Source of the DNA: Octopus vulgaris
Taxonomy: Eukaryota
Assembly: GCA_951406725.2 (NCBI GenBank)
Contig: OX597815.1
Location: 62,682,001 to 62,746,000 of the forward strand
Reading direction: 5' to 3'
Length of the DNA stretch: 64,000 bases
Position numbers and translations under genes: made by a program. Shown here piece by piece: positions 1-13,959 of the stretch. The notes beneath the pieces are model-generated. The model did not search any database, was not told the DNA's origin, and saw only the letters and a list, made by a program, of their open reading frames with translations. Position 1 is the stretch's first letter; the number at the start of each line of letters is the position of its first letter.

Positions 1-173
1 GTTACGTTATCATGTAGGTTTGCTGTGACTTCTGCCTCATATACATGTCTGGTTAAGTAGGCAAGTTCCAGAGTTTCGATAGTTAGAAACGGGAGTGGGA
101 TCTATGTATTGTTTAGATTAAATAGTTTTTATCTCTCTCTCGGTGGAGTATTTTTACAGGCTTAACGGAAAAA

Positions 174-227
<54 letters not shown>

Positions 228-239
228 ATATATGTACAT

Positions 240-735
240 GTGAATATTTGAGTAGTTGAATGAATTATCTTATTAAGGATAATTCGAATTAACCGATACC
301 TGGGTAGCAAATTCACATCAGAAAAACACGGTTGAAGTTACGTGCTTTCGTGTGGAAATTTGTATGTTTATTTTAAAATTATAAATATATGAAAGAATGG
401 AGCTGAACGACGAATTAACAAAATTCCTTTATTTTCGACATATGTTTCGAAGGCTGCATATTCCTAATTGCGAAGGAATAAGGAGTACATTATGCCGCTT
501 TCTCATGACTTATGTCAACATCAAAATGCACAAAAAACTTTTAGATGATTGCTCACACGGAGCCCATAGCGTGCATTTTGATGTTGACATAAGTTCCTTG
601 CTTTCCCTGATGAGAAAGCGGCATAATGTACTCCTTATTCCTTCGCAATTAGGAATATGCAGCCTTCGAAACATATGTCGAAAATAAAGGAATTTTGTTA
701 ATTCGTCGTTCGGCTCCATTCTTTCATATATTTAT
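240..735. mobile_element. Fold-back element (inverted arms 381-531 / 571-735, one-sided extension 240-380) between (TA)n tracts; PLE pLTR-like
   Basis: Arms are near-perfect reverse complements, which explains the mirrored ORFs 397..687+ and 510..719-. The left arm lacks ~15 nt present in the right arm. Contains an HHR motif. Confidence 0.8.
602..684 (+). ncRNA. Type I hammerhead ribozyme motif with extended stem II
   Basis: CTGATGA(607-613)-GAAAGCGGCATA...TATGCAGCCTTC (stem II, 10/12 pairs, inner TATTCCT/AGGAATA)-GAAA(668-671)-CATATG-TC; predicted cleavage after C679; stem I TTTCC/GAAAA is imperfect. Confidence 0.8.
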
Positions 736-770
736 ATATGTACATATGTATATATTTATATATATGTATG

Positions 771-862
<92 letters not shown>

Positions 863-864
<2 letters not shown>

Positions 865-1028
865 GCGCAGGAGTGGCTGTGTGGTAAGTAGCTTGCTAAC
901 CAACCACATTGTTCCGGGTTCAGTCCCACTGCGTGGCATCTTGGGCAAGTGTCTTCTGCTATAGCCCCGGGCCGACCAATGCCTTGTGAGTGGATTTGGT
1001 AGACGGAAACTGAAAGAAGACTGTCGTA

Positions 1029-1087
<59 letters not shown>

Positions 1088-1297
1088 TTGTGTGTCTGTG
1101 TTTGTCCCCCTAGCATTACTTGACAACCGATGCTGGTATGTTTACGTCCCCGTCACTTAGCGGTTCGGCAAAAGAGACCGATAGAATAAGTACTGGGCTT
1201 ACAAAAAGAATAAGTCCCGGGGTCGATTTGCTCGACTAAAGGTGGTGCTCCAGCATGGCCGCAGTCAAATGACTGAAACAAGTAAAAGAGTAAAAGA
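863..1297 (+). mobile_element. tRNA-derived SINE, family A (CORE-like segment, internal (TA)n/(TG)n), full length
   Basis: A-box-like TGGCTGTGTGGT, B-box-like GGTTCAGTCC, CTTGGGCAAGTG segment, tail ending (GTAAAAGA)2; many copies in the window. Confidence 0.9.
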
Positions 1298-1949
1298 TAT
1301 ATATATATATATGCATATATACATACGTACATGTACACATACGCACACATATATAGGCAGCTATATATATACGACATAATCATTATAAGCTACCATGTAT
1401 ATTATAAAACTATTGATAGAAACTTAAGTGTCTATAAATATTTTATAAGTATGTGTCTGTGCGTGTGAGTGTATGTGTGCGTATATGTGTGTATAAGTGT
1501 GTGTGCGCGTCTGATGTGTATGTGTATAGTGACTGTTTCTTTCGTCATCAGTTAAATGTATACTTTTGTAACTGTTTCATATTTTCTATGTATTTATGAA
1601 TGAAATATTTATATAGGAAGCCTGTAGACTGTGGATGTATTGTTTACTAACGTTTTCTCAAACTCGTTTTGTTTTTTACCGTCTAATACGCTGCACTGCA
1701 GGGTATTAGTTAGTAGAAAACTGTACCTGAGCGTTCGTACATACACAAACAACATGCAGAAAAGCATATGCATATTAACAGCCTGAGCATCATTAAATAC
1801 CCTTTTCTTGTCGTCACTACACTACAGGTTTGAACTTGAAACATAAACTGTGCGGTAGTTGTGATTGCGTTATTTCTCGTAGTTTCACTTTTTATTCGCT
1901 CCAAACAAGAGTAGCGTCCACTGAACCGGTGTTCTTCTTTATTATATAC

Positions 1950-2192
1950 TTTTTATCTTTTATCTGTAAACTTTTATTTGTTCTAGTCATTAGACTGCAG
2001 TCATGCTGGGGCACCACCTTCAATTTTTAGTCGAATGAATCGACCCCAATACTTTACTTATAAAGCTTAGTACTTATTCAATCGATCTTTTGCCGAACCA
2101 CTAGGTTACGGGAATGCAAATACACCATCACCGGTTTTCAAGCGGTGGTGGCGGACAAATACAGAAATACACATACATACACACACACACAC

Positions 2193-2279
<87 letters not shown>

Positions 2280-2461
2280 GTAAATGAAATTTATAGAGAA
2301 AGAAAAGACGAAGACAGGTGTATGAACGACAAGCAAGTGTATTAGTTTGACGCTCGGGAAAATGAATGTCTTTTACGTTTCGAACCCACGCTCTTCAACA
2401 GAAAGGAATAAGAAGAAATAAACAGAGAAAGAATGAAAAAAAACTTGTAGAGTCCAGCGGT

Positions 2462-2520
<59 letters not shown>

Positions 2521-2681
2521 ACCAGCGTCTTTCAGTTTTCATCTACCAAGTTCACTCACAAGGATTTTGCCGAGCCGAGTCTATTGTAAAAGACACTTGC
2601 CCAAATGCCTCCTAGTTGGACTGAACCCGGAACCATGTGGTTGAGAAGCAAGTCTCTTACCACACGGCCACGCCCGCACCT
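1950..2681 (-). mobile_element. SINE family A copy interrupted at its internal microsatellite by an HHR-bearing insert (2278-2463)
   Basis: Tail half 1950-2165 and head half 2520-2681 match the reverse complement of 863-1297. Confidence 0.85.
2370..2405 (-). ncRNA. Minimal hammerhead-like motif (variant core CUGUUGA)
   Basis: Minus strand reads CTTT-CTGTTGA-A-GAGC-GTGG-GTTC-GAAA-CG-TA-AAAG; stems I and II pair; stem III is the ACGT palindrome. Confidence 0.65.
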
Positions 2682-2800
2682 TGTTGAAGAATTTATAACA
2701 AAATAGATTTCAAAAGTATTTGTTTCGGTTATCAGAATTCACCTGAGTATTTGATAAGACTATATCAAAGACACAGTCAATGCTTCCGCTAAAAACGTGA

Positions 2801-3175
2801 TGTGGCCATGCTGGAGCACCATCTTAAAGGATTTTAGTCGAACAAATCGACCCCAGGACTTATTTTTAAGCCTAATACATATTCTATTGGTCGTTTTTGC
2901 CGAACCGCTAGGGTACGGGGACATAAACACAACAAACCAGTTTTCAAGCGGGGTGAGAGGGCAAACACGTACATAAAGACATACACACCTAGATACACAC
3001 ACACACACACACACACACTACACACACATATCTATATATACACGACGGGCTTCTTTAAGTTTCGGTGAGCTTTGGTCAGCCCGAGGCTATAGTAGGAGAC
3101 ACTTTCCCAAGGGACTGAATCTGGAACCATGCGATTGGAAAGCAAGCTTCTTACCACACAGCCACACCTGCGCTT
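2801..3175 (-). mobile_element. SINE family A copy with small deletions
   Basis: Similarity to 863-1297 in reverse orientation. Confidence 0.85.
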
Positions 3176-3873
3176 ATGTGAACAGTTTCAAAATGTTTCA
3201 GTCCATCCGTAGACCGAACGTTTCTATAGAGAAGTCACTAACGGATTGTAGACCCTAACATACAGCTCAGAAAACTGATATCTGTGATCTAATCTTCAAC
3301 AGGGTAAAGAGAAACCAGCTACGATTAATGCTACAAAAGCAAAGAATTACAATAATTTTCCAGCGGTTCCAGGCTCAAGCGTGCACCGAAGTGACACAAG
3401 GGAAAGCAGATACAGTGATGCGCGGGAAATTTTCTACTCATAAGAAAAAGAAAGGTAATGATATACCCTCACTCACAAACACTAACGCACGCACAAACAC
3501 ACACACACACATATAGATGTACATATAAGTGTCTATGTGTATACGTGTATATATGTGTGTGTATATATAAACATATAGATATAAGTATATACATATATAC
3601 ATACACATATACATACATATTAAGCATATATATAAATGTCTATATGACATATATGAGATATATATAACACAAACACATATATATAAGTAGAAAATTTTGT
3701 ATTTGTCAGAGCATTTGTGTTTTGTTAGCCACCGTGTGTGTGTGTGTTTGTGTATATGTGCGCGTGCGTGTGTCTGAATGTGTGTGTTCGTGTCTCTCTT
3801 CCATCCTTATTTGATCTAAGTTCATCCGATAGTGCAAAAGTCAATCACGAACAGAGACGACATTCTTTTGTTG

Positions 3874-3942
<69 letters not shown>

Positions 3943-4736
3943 GAGTGGTAGAGAGAGAGAGAGAGAGAGTGGGAGAGACGGGGAAGTGTATGTGTGTGTG
4001 TATATATATATATATATACACACATATATATATATGTATACTTGTGTATATACATATACATACATAAAATGTACACACACGCGCACAAACACACACACAT
4101 ATACATGTATGCATTTACGCGTTGACTGACACTCATACATATATACATATATACATATATACATACGTCTGTGCATACAGGTATGTGTATGTGTGTATGT
4201 GTGTATGTGTAGGAGGTTTTCCTACGTGAGGTTGGTGGAGGTTATGTTTATCCATTGTGTTGTCCATTGAAATTTAGACGTTACAACAAAAGCCACTCTT
4301 CAACCGACAGACATGATTCTTTTGTTGAGATTTCAAACAACAATAAAAATGTCGGAGCAAATATGGACGACGGAGTTACTGAAAGTTTCACATATTTTAA
4401 CTGGAGCTCCTAATAAACGATTAGTTTTTCAAAAATGGCGGTATACAAATATACATAGCTGTGTACACAAACATACATGTACACACATATAAATGTATGT
4501 TTGCATAACTTTATGAATATCATATGCTTGTGTGTGTATATGCATGTTTCTAAGTATTAGTACCTATTAGTGTATGTATCTGTCTAATTACATATGTATC
4601 AATGCACACACACACACGCACACACAGCACACACACATACACACACACACACACTTGTGCATGGACCATTCATTCCTTATAAATATATTTACACACGTAC
4701 GCATTCATTGTATGTATATACGTATATGTATATTTA

Positions 4737-4791
<55 letters not shown>

Positions 4792-4815
4792 CTATACAAA
4801 AGCATGTATTTATAC

Positions 4816-4861
<46 letters not shown>

Positions 4862-5254
4862 GTGTGTGAGTGTGTGTGCATGTATATATATATATATATA
4901 AGTATATATGTATAAATATATAGATGATTATACATACACTAATATAATATAACCTATATACATATATACATACATAAACATAAACACGCACACATATATA
5001 CATACGCGCATACATACATGCATGCATACGTACCTACATACATATATATATGTTTGCACTATGTATGAGTGTTTGTGTGTTTTCATTCATAAAACTTCTT
5101 TATATCTTCTAAATTCATTCACTGGAAGAACAGGAACCAGTCTTTCTCAGTGCTGGAATTTTCTTTATGGAATACAGACGGCTATAAATTTGGTAACTTT
5201 TGGAAAGCTTTGCCTCATGTAACCATGTTGCCAGTGCACCAGATATTTTGCTGA

Positions 5255-5334
<80 letters not shown>

Positions 5335-5450
5335 GCCTGCCTATCTGTCTTTCTTTGTTTCTCTCTGTCTCTCTCTGTATCGAAGCAGATATCTATATAT
5401 AAAGCATATATACACATATACATACTTATATATATTGTGTGTATACATAC

Positions 5451-5556
<106 letters not shown>

Positions 5557-5597
5557 CGAGAGAGAGAGAGAGAGAGAGAGAGGGTGGGAGTGAGAGA

Positions 5598-6475
5598 TTG
5601 GGTCATCACATACATATTGCGGTTTTTTATACTACTTTTACTTTTCAAAATTAAGATAAACCAAGTTCCTCTTTAAACCAAAATATGCTCTCTTTAATTT
5701 TCTACTATGCTCTTCCATCTATCTAGTAGACTTGCAAGTCCCCTCTTCCAAAATTCACTTGTCCGTGACGAAAAGTACTTCTCCAGTACTGTTCTGACCT
5801 CGTCTACAGAATTTATATTTTTTTCGTCCAAATGATTTTGAAGACTGCGGAATAAATAATAATCAGATGGGGTAATGTCCGAGGAATATGGTGGGTGGGG
5901 CATCATTTCCCATTCAAACTGTTCCAGCCTTTGGAATGTCATCCTTGCTGTATGTGGCCAAGCATTATCCTGATAGAAAAACACTTTTCGCCTTGAAACC
6001 AAAGATAGTCGTTTTTCTTCTAGCACTGACTTGAGTGATTAAATCTAAGTTTCTCTGCAGTTACAATGGGTTTTGTTCCACCAGGGTTTACTGGACGTCG
6101 TCGTTGAGTACTACAGACCTTCCAGGACGAGGCTCATCTTCTAGGCTCTAGTTTCCGGCTCAGAATTTCTGGAAGCGCCGTTGACTTTGGCTTACGCTTA
6201 TTGTCCGATTCCCATATACTGCACTTTATTTTGCGTTGTAGCCTTTATTGAACTTATAAAGTAAAATATGCCGAATATGCTCTTTTGTCATTTACATTAT
6301 AGCTTCTAAAAAAATAACTGTTGAAATCGAAAAACATCCTTCAAAACTTGCGCTAAGAATAAGTACAAGGTAAAATTACTATTTCCTTTTATAGCAAGTT
6401 GGTGCAGGTAATTTATCCAGTCCCCCATCGACTTTTAGTTCAGGCAATTGAAAAACCGCATCATTTATAAGATGA

Positions 6476-6480
<5 letters not shown>
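5598..6480 (-). mobile_element. Internally deleted mariner DNA transposon
   Basis: TIRs GGTCATCACATACATATTGCGGTTTTT (5601-5627) and AAAAACCGCATCATTTATAAGATGACC (6451-6477); transposase remnants between them. Confidence 0.88.
5694..6290 (-). pseudogene. mariner (DD34D-type) transposase remnant
   Basis: QDNAWPH and PHPPYSSDITPSDYYLF motifs in ORF 5694..6026; N-terminal HTH-like remnant (LEDEPRPGR) near 6120-6290; middle is deleted. Confidence 0.88.
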
Positions 6481-6572
<92 letters not shown>

Positions 6573-6719
6573 TATACACACACACACATATATATGTATA
6601 TATGTATACACACACACACACATATATAAATTCCTCTATTTTCATCACATAGAGGTCTCGTTCTTTTATTGTCATTTTACTATTGTGAATTAATATATAT
6701 ATATATATATATATATTAA

Positions 6720-9700
6720 TGCAACCACCACCATCTGAAGGGCACAAAATGATCGCAAAATAAATATAAACAGTAACAGAGAAGACCTACGACAACAACA
6801 ACAAAATACAACCACATTTCACCTCCTACAATCAAACAACGAAGATAGAACCATGAAAAAGCCATAACATCAAATAACATAAACATGAACTATGTATCCT
6901 CTGATCAAATGGCAAACCAAAGAGGCAACTCTTTTTTACTGACTTACCCAGAAAATATGAAGCCCGACCTAAGCCAGGAGATCCAACGAGCTATCAGCAA
7001 CCATTTATGTAAATCACAAGGACCATACACCCACTATCAACTAGAAAATCAAACACACACAGCTAAATAAAAAAACTACCCACATTGTTACCACTGAACA
7101 ACATAAAACATAACTTAGAACAACGCAAACATCAAACCAACCTTACCTCGACATTCCTGTTAAATATACGTAGCATCAACCTATCAATCATTGCCCAAAA
7201 ATGGAAGATCCCATATATAGAGAGTTGGCTTGCCGAAATAACACATTGCTTCCCTTTCTTTATCCTTACTGAAACTCACCTAAACAACACACATATGGAT
7301 GCCGAGGTGAAAATAAAAGATTTCACCATCGTTCGTGCAGATCGCACAGACCGAAATAAGGGTGGGACTCTTTTTCACTTGATGCCAAGGACATATTTTC
7401 CAATGGCTATTGTGAATCTATATCACTGTTCAACAAAGCCAAAGACATAATCATTGCTGGTCTTTACAGGCCTCCCCAAGCACCTCTAAAGTGCTTTGAA
7501 GAGTGCCTTAACAAAATCAAGTCCTTCCTTCAAAAATACAACTCCGGAAACATACTAGTGATGGGTGATTTTAACCTCCCTCATATAAACTGGCCCACAA
7601 ATACTCTGAAGTTAGGCAAATGCTCTACATCAGATAAAGCAGCAGCAGAATTCCTCTTTAATCTAATGGATAAATTCTTCCTGACTCAGCTAGTGCTCGA
7701 ACCAACAGTACAGAATAAAACGATCTTGGATCACTCTAGCTCCATTCACAGTATTTCAATTGAAAAAACTGCCCTCTCAGACCACGACATGGTACTCTGC
7801 AATTTTAATTCCCGACATATAAAAACCAAACCAACCAATCCCACTCCATAGCATTCATTTGACAACATAAACTTCCACAAAGCGGACTGGGGAGCAATCA
7901 GAAAGGATCTGTCTTTCACCGACTGGTCTTTTACTCTGAATTCCACCCAAATGAGACCGCATGGCTGCACTTTGAGAACATTGTCACCTATACATGCTCA
8001 AAACACGCTCCTACGAAATCCACTAACACTAACAGAAATCGGCTCCCTAAAAAGAAAAAAAAACACTCATCAGGCGCATCAAAAGACTCAATAAAAAAGT
8101 CAACCAATTAAAATATTCCCACATACAACATCCACATTCAACAACAAGGAAAAGGCTGGAGTTAGAAAGTCTTCATCTGCAGACAGACATGAAAACCTCC
8201 ATTGAAAATCAAAGAGCTGTGGAGGAACAGTGGGTAATCAAAAACATCAAACAGATCCCAAAAGTGTTCTATTCTTATGCAAATAAGCATAGAACCACTG
8301 TCTCACCCATTGGGCCATTGATTGATGATAACGGCATTCCACAACACGATGCTAAAGAAATGGCAGAAATACTGCAGAAACAATACTGCTCTGTCTTTAG
8401 TGTTCCCACTGATATTGACGTAAGAGAAACGAATGAAGTTGATACCCAACATAAAATCTCAGACATAACATTCACTGCCTCTGACATCATAGCAGCAATA
8501 AATGAAGTCAAATACTATTCTGCTGTAGGCCCTGATAGATTCCCCGCTAGTCTCCTGGAGAAATGTAGACACCAACTTGCAGTCCCTCTGACCAACCTCT
8601 GGAGAAATTCGTTAGACTCAGGTTATATACTGAAACAGCTTCTATCCCAGTCTGTCATCCCGGTTTTCGCAGTCAACTATCGCCTAATCTCACTCACATC
8701 CCACATCATTAAAGAGTTTGAAAGAGTGTTAAGATCAAGGATAGCTGACTTCCTGGAGACCCACAAACTCCTAAATGCAAATCAGCATGGCTTTCGCTGT
8801 GGCAGGGACTGTCTAACACAGCTCTTACACCACATTGAAGATATACTTAAAGCCTTGGGAACAGGTTCGCACTCTGATGTCATATATCTTGACTTCAGTA
8901 AAGCGTTCGACAGGGTTGGCCATAATATCCTACTCTCAAAGTTGGCAAATGTTGGAATCCGTGGAAAGCTTCTACACTGGATCAAGTATTTCCTGGCGAA
9001 TAGAACACAACATGTAGTCGAGGGAGTCCACTCAAGCCCAGCAAAAGTCACCAACGGTGTCCCCCAGGGGAATGTTTTGACCCCGCTCCTCTTTATAATT
9101 TATATAAACGACCTTTCCAGTGTCGTACATTCCTGAAAAGTGAAAATATTTGCTGATGACACTAAGCTCCAGCAAATCATCAATGAAGAAGCAGACCGAA
9201 CTCAACTCCAGTCTGATCTACATGCTGTGAGTCAATGGGCAGACAAACAAAATGCAACTGAACGAGGGAAAATTTGAGCTGATGCATTTTGGGAGAAAGT
9301 CCACAATAAAACAGCCATACTCTCTTCCTTCAGGGGAACCGCTCACAGCCTCTAACAATATCAGAGACCTGGACGTAATTGTTGATAACAATCTCAGTTG
9401 GAATGCCCACATCAACAATATGGTCGATATAGCTCGTAGGATCTTAAGAACCTTCCGGTCCAGAGAACAAGGTGTCATCATACCACTTTTCTCCTCCTTT
9501 GTACGGCCACACCTCGAATACTGCTGTCCACTGTGGTCTCCCCATACAAGACAAAACATCTCGAGGATTGAATCAATTCAGAGGGCACTCACAAAACGAA
9601 TTGAAGGCATGGCTGCTCTCGATTATTGGGACCACCTTAAAGCCTTGAATCTCTACTCTCTCTCCAGCGCCACCGTGAGCGGTACATCATTTGTACGATG

Positions 9701-10119
9701 TGGAGAATATACCGCCAACTTTGCCCAAGCGACCTGAACATTAGCTTCAAGGTTCATCCACGACTGGGACCACAGGCCATACGTCCCCTGCCCATTTCAG
9801 GATCACAGCATATATGTACACTGCAACATAATTTCTTTTCCTTAACAGGCCCTGCCCTATTTAACATTGTCCCGAAAGAGATCAAAGAGGAAAAGGATCC
9901 CATCAACTTTAAACGGAGTCTGGATAGATTCCTTCAAGGAATACCAGATAAGCCACCCATAATTGGATACAACTCACCCAACAAAAACTCACTACTTGAA
10001 TGGACCATAAACAAAACTTGACTTAAACAGGATTTAGATAATCCTATCAGGTGGTGCTATTAAGTTAGACATGGCCTGGACCAATCTTTGGTCGAAACAT
10101 ATCTAAGTCTATCTAAGTT
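6720..10119 (+). mobile_element. CR1/L2-group non-LTR retrotransposon, decayed, probably 5'-truncated
   Basis: APE plus RT remnants and a 3' tail of ATCTAAGT repeats (10101-10118); flanked by (TA)n. Confidence 0.9.
7085..10021 (+). pseudogene. LINE ORF2 (APE endonuclease + reverse transcriptase), fragmented by stops and frameshifts
   Basis: LTETHL, GDFNLP, SDH (APE); QHGFR, YLDFSKAFDRV, GVPQG, and FADD just after the in-frame TGA at 9134 (RT); RPHLEYC C-terminal motif. Confidence 0.92.
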
Positions 10120-10146
10120 TATATATAATTAATATATATATATATA

Positions 10147-11716
10147 CAATGGGAGGAAATAAATATTCGTACATATCAAAATTCTTTATCTAATTTCTAA
10201 TGAACATAAATGGGATATACCAATACTATATTTGCATACACATGCATCAACTAAGAATATGCAAAAGAAACTAATAAATTATAGTTACTAAGGAATTTAT
10301 ATACAATTATAAATATTTAGGGGTGAAAAAGGTATTCGTACAGAGCATAAATGACTGATAATTCTGATTTAATACTTCGTAGCATAACCATTATTCAGTT
10401 CCACTGCAACCAATCTCTTCTTGTAGTTCTTAATCAATGGCTCGCATGTTTCTTTAGGAATTTTTTTCCATTCTTCTTGACAAATTTTCTTCAAATCTTG
10501 AATGCACGTTGAATGAATTTTAATTTTCAAATAACGCCACAAATTTTCAATGGAGTTCAAGTCAGGTGACTGGCATGGCCATTCTAATAATTTTATATAG
10601 TGATCGACAATCCATTTTTTGGTAGACTTCGCTGTGTGCTTAGGGTCGTTATCCCGTTGTAAAACCCACCCTTCACAAAACTGGAGCTTTTCTACAGAGT
10701 CCCATAAATTATTGTTCAAAATATTTTGGTACATCTCTGCATTCATTCTACCATCTATCACATGTAAATTGCAAGTACCATTTGCAGAGAAAAAACTGCC
10801 ACACCATGATGTTGTGTTTTTCGGCGAATAGGCGGTACCATCTTTCCTCCAAACATGTATACGCGAATTTCGTCCAAACAATTCAATTTTCGACTCGTCT
10901 GTCCATAGAACATTTTCCCAGAATGTATCACGTTTATCTTTATGTTCATAAACAAATTTTAAATGGGCATCTCTATGCCTTCTAGTCAACAGCAGAGTTT
11001 TTCTAGGAGAGCGTAACTTCAGTTCATTCCTATGAAGTTCATTGCTGATTGTCCGTAGTGTAACACTATTCCCTGAAGCTAATAAATCTTCTTGCAACTC
11101 CTTTCTAGTGATCATTGCGTTTTTTTCGATTCCTTACTTCATTTTTCTTAAAGATTTAGAGGAAATCTTGCATGGTGCACTGGATCTTATTCTGTTTTCA
11201 ACAGTTCCCGACTTTTTATATCTTTCAATAAATGAAGATATGGTAGAAAATGGAATACAAAAGGTGTCTGATATTTTCCTGTAACTTTTACCTGCTTTCC
11301 ACTGTTCAATAATGAAGTCTTTCACTGTATTTGTGAGTTCTTTACTTTTCGCCATTATTATGATACTACTTTATGTTGTCTCAGTGCTGAATGAAGAAGC
11401 TAGCATTTTGACACTTAAAAATGACAACTGATAAGATTATTGGAACGAGCGAGAAAGTTCTAGTAAAAAAATTATTTTAACAGTATTTTGTGGCATAGAA
11501 AATCATAAATTTATTCTGTACGAATAATTTTTTCACCCCTAAATATTTATGATTGTATATAAATTCCTTAGTTACTATAATTTATTAGTTTCTTTTGTAT
11601 ATTCTTAGTTTATGCATGTTTATGCAAATATAGTATTGGTATATCCCATTTATGTTCATTACAAATTAAATAAATAAAGAATTTTGACATTTACGAATAT
11701 TTATTTCCCCCCACTG
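10147..11716 (-). mobile_element. Tc1-family transposon with ~200-bp IR/DR-type TIRs and TA flanks
   Basis: TIRs ~10147-10350 and ~11510-11716 (CAATGGGAGGAAATAAATATTCGTA / TACGAATATTTATTTCCCCCCACTG); TATTCGTACA repeated at both ends of the TIR; TA on both sides. Confidence 0.95.
10369..11355 (-). pseudogene. Tc1 DD34E transposase, split near 11115-11134
   Basis: Paired-like HTH (MAKSKEL...GKSYRKIS), WTDESK, RDNDPKH, SPDLNSIENLW, ends GYATKY. Confidence 0.93.
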
Positions 11717-11769
11717 TATATGAACATTACAATTATTTATATTCATATACAATTATATACATAGCTTAG

Positions 11770-12640
11770 ACGTCTCTCACCAGCCATTCGTCTGCCCTTC
11801 TTACAAGAACCAAGTACAGCAGATTATTCTTTGGGCGAAAAACTCCTGTTCTAATTGCTTTACTATGAGAATAGAATTAGTCGTAGCTCTTCCCGCTACA
11901 GAACTAAATAGCATCTCATCAAGATCAACTTTCTTCTTAATTATTTCGTCTACAACCCTTTCTCTAACTTTCATGACGTACTCCAGGCATTTGATACTTC
12001 TGTAAATCTCTTTTGTGTATCTCGTAGGTACATAAGTCGTTATGTATAACAATTTCCTGTATAACCCTGATTAATAACATGGGTGAGGTTTTATCCGTCT
12101 TTTTGTCCTTAAATAACTTTAACTATCATACTGCTGTCAAATACAACGGCTGGTCCTTCTGACGAATTCAGATTAGGAAGTATCTCCTATGCATTCTCCT
12201 TAATGTAGCATAATCCTTCTGTACATACATCTATCGGATAACATCACGATTTTCTCTTACACCCTGTCTAGCAATCTGGAATACCTTACACCTCTGATCC
12301 TCATGTTGAAAGATATTGACAAACCTCTTCCTTTTTGCTTCTCCCCTTTCTAGAATGACTTGCTGCCAGCTTCTCTTGTAGCCACTTGATATATTTCTCT
12401 GCAACCTCCAGACTGTCTCCTTGTTTTTATTGGCTCTGTCTACTACAACAATGCACCGCCACGTCACCTTTGGACTATCAGGAACTTAGCAATAGTTACA
12501 TATTTGGTCTATCGGCCTTAGTCGGTTGTTCCTTTGGAATTTCGAGTTATAATCCAGTTATCCTCCTTTGTGTCTCATCCTTCCTCTCGTTATGTCTCAA
12601 TTTGATTTTCCTCTAAATCTCTCACTGATTAATGGATTTA
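11770..12640 (-). pseudogene. RTE-clade LINE ORF remnant
   Basis: LDEMLFSSVAGRATTNSILIVKQLEQ resembles the RTE RT motif IDEMQFGFMPGRGTTDAIFIVRQLQE; heavily decayed. Confidence 0.65.
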
Positions 12641-13008
12641 AGTTATAGACTTGGAAGGAATAAGAGGCTAATTGGTGGGGTGGGTGTAAGCAGTGTTTAG
12701 CATCTCAAAAAAGATTAACTATGTTGCGAACGCTTACTAGCAATCAATGGGGTATTGCTCTCGTTCAGTGAAACGGGAATTATTTGTCGCACAACAAATT
12801 ACATTTTCTTTCAATCCCCAGAAGCTTTCCAGTATAAGGATGGAAGTAACAGGGGAGGGGAGAGATGGGGTTATTGACGGGGCAAATTTGCACCCGATAT
12901 GTATTATGCATATACACTTATAAGAATATATATATGTACGTACCTGCATCCAATAAGTAGAGGTTGGATGTATATTCCTATATAGCTATCTACACGTTGT
13001 ATATACGC

Positions 13009-13119
<111 letters not shown>

Positions 13120-13236
13120 CATATACATATATATATACATATACATATATATATACCCCAAAACTTCATAACCACTTGGGCATTTGTACACATGCTTACT
13201 TACATCTTACGTCACGCAGCAGAAATATAACAAAAG

Positions 13237-13274
13237 CTGTTACTCAGAGTTTCACGTTCCCGTTCGTCGGACAG
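13237..13274 (-). ncRNA. Minimal type I hammerhead motif (U4C core CCGACGA)
   Basis: Minus strand reads CTGT-CCGACGA-ACG-GGAA-CGT-GAAA-CTC-T-GAG-TA-ACAG; all three stems pair perfectly. Confidence 0.82.
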
Positions 13275-13818
13275 TTTTGTTAAAATAGAACAGTTTTGTT
13301 AAAATAGATATGATCAAAACTAGTTAAAGTATACACCTTTAAAAATGGATTTGTTTCATTGGTCCTTTCAATTAACGGTCTTAAGCATGCAATGAACAAA
13401 ATAAACAAAATAAATGAATTCAGTATAAATTCATCCTATTACAAAAATCGAGGAAAACCTTAAATCGAAGAGCGGATTCAAAATACATATTGCAAATAGT
13501 TATATACGAAATATAATTCAATTAATACAATTAATACATTAAAAATTAAAATTAAAATTAAAATTTTCACGCTGCATTACATAAATATTTTACAATATAT
13601 TGATTGTTTAGCATGCGTATATACTGCTCTTCGATTTTAGATTTTCCTCGATTTTTATAATCGGATGAATTTATATTGAATTCATTAATTTTATTTATTT
13701 TGTTCATTGCATGATTAAGACCGTCAATTGAAAAGACCAATGAAACAAATCCATTTTTAAAGATGTATCCTTTAACTAGTTTTGATCATATCATTATTTC
13801 TGTTCTATTTTAACAAAT

Positions 13819-13856
13819 CTGTCGGACGAACGGGAACGTGAAACTCTGAGTAACAG
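13819..13856 (+). ncRNA. Minimal hammerhead motif, second arm (core CGGACGA)
   Basis: CTGT-CGGACGA-ACG-GGAA-CGT-GAAA-CTC-T-GAG-TA-ACAG. Confidence 0.72.
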
Positions 13857-13959
13857 CTTTTGTTATATTTCTGCTGCTTTTAAATAAAACATATTACTCT
13901 ACCACTGGTATTTGAGTAGTCTTCTTTTCCACCATGTTTCACATTTATGTGCTTACTCC

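Noticed and set aside
397-719. Two opposed ORFs with near-identical N-termini
   Set aside because: Artefact of the inverted repeat
863-935. tRNA gene
   Set aside because: A/B-box SINE head with no cloverleaf; continues into the SINE body
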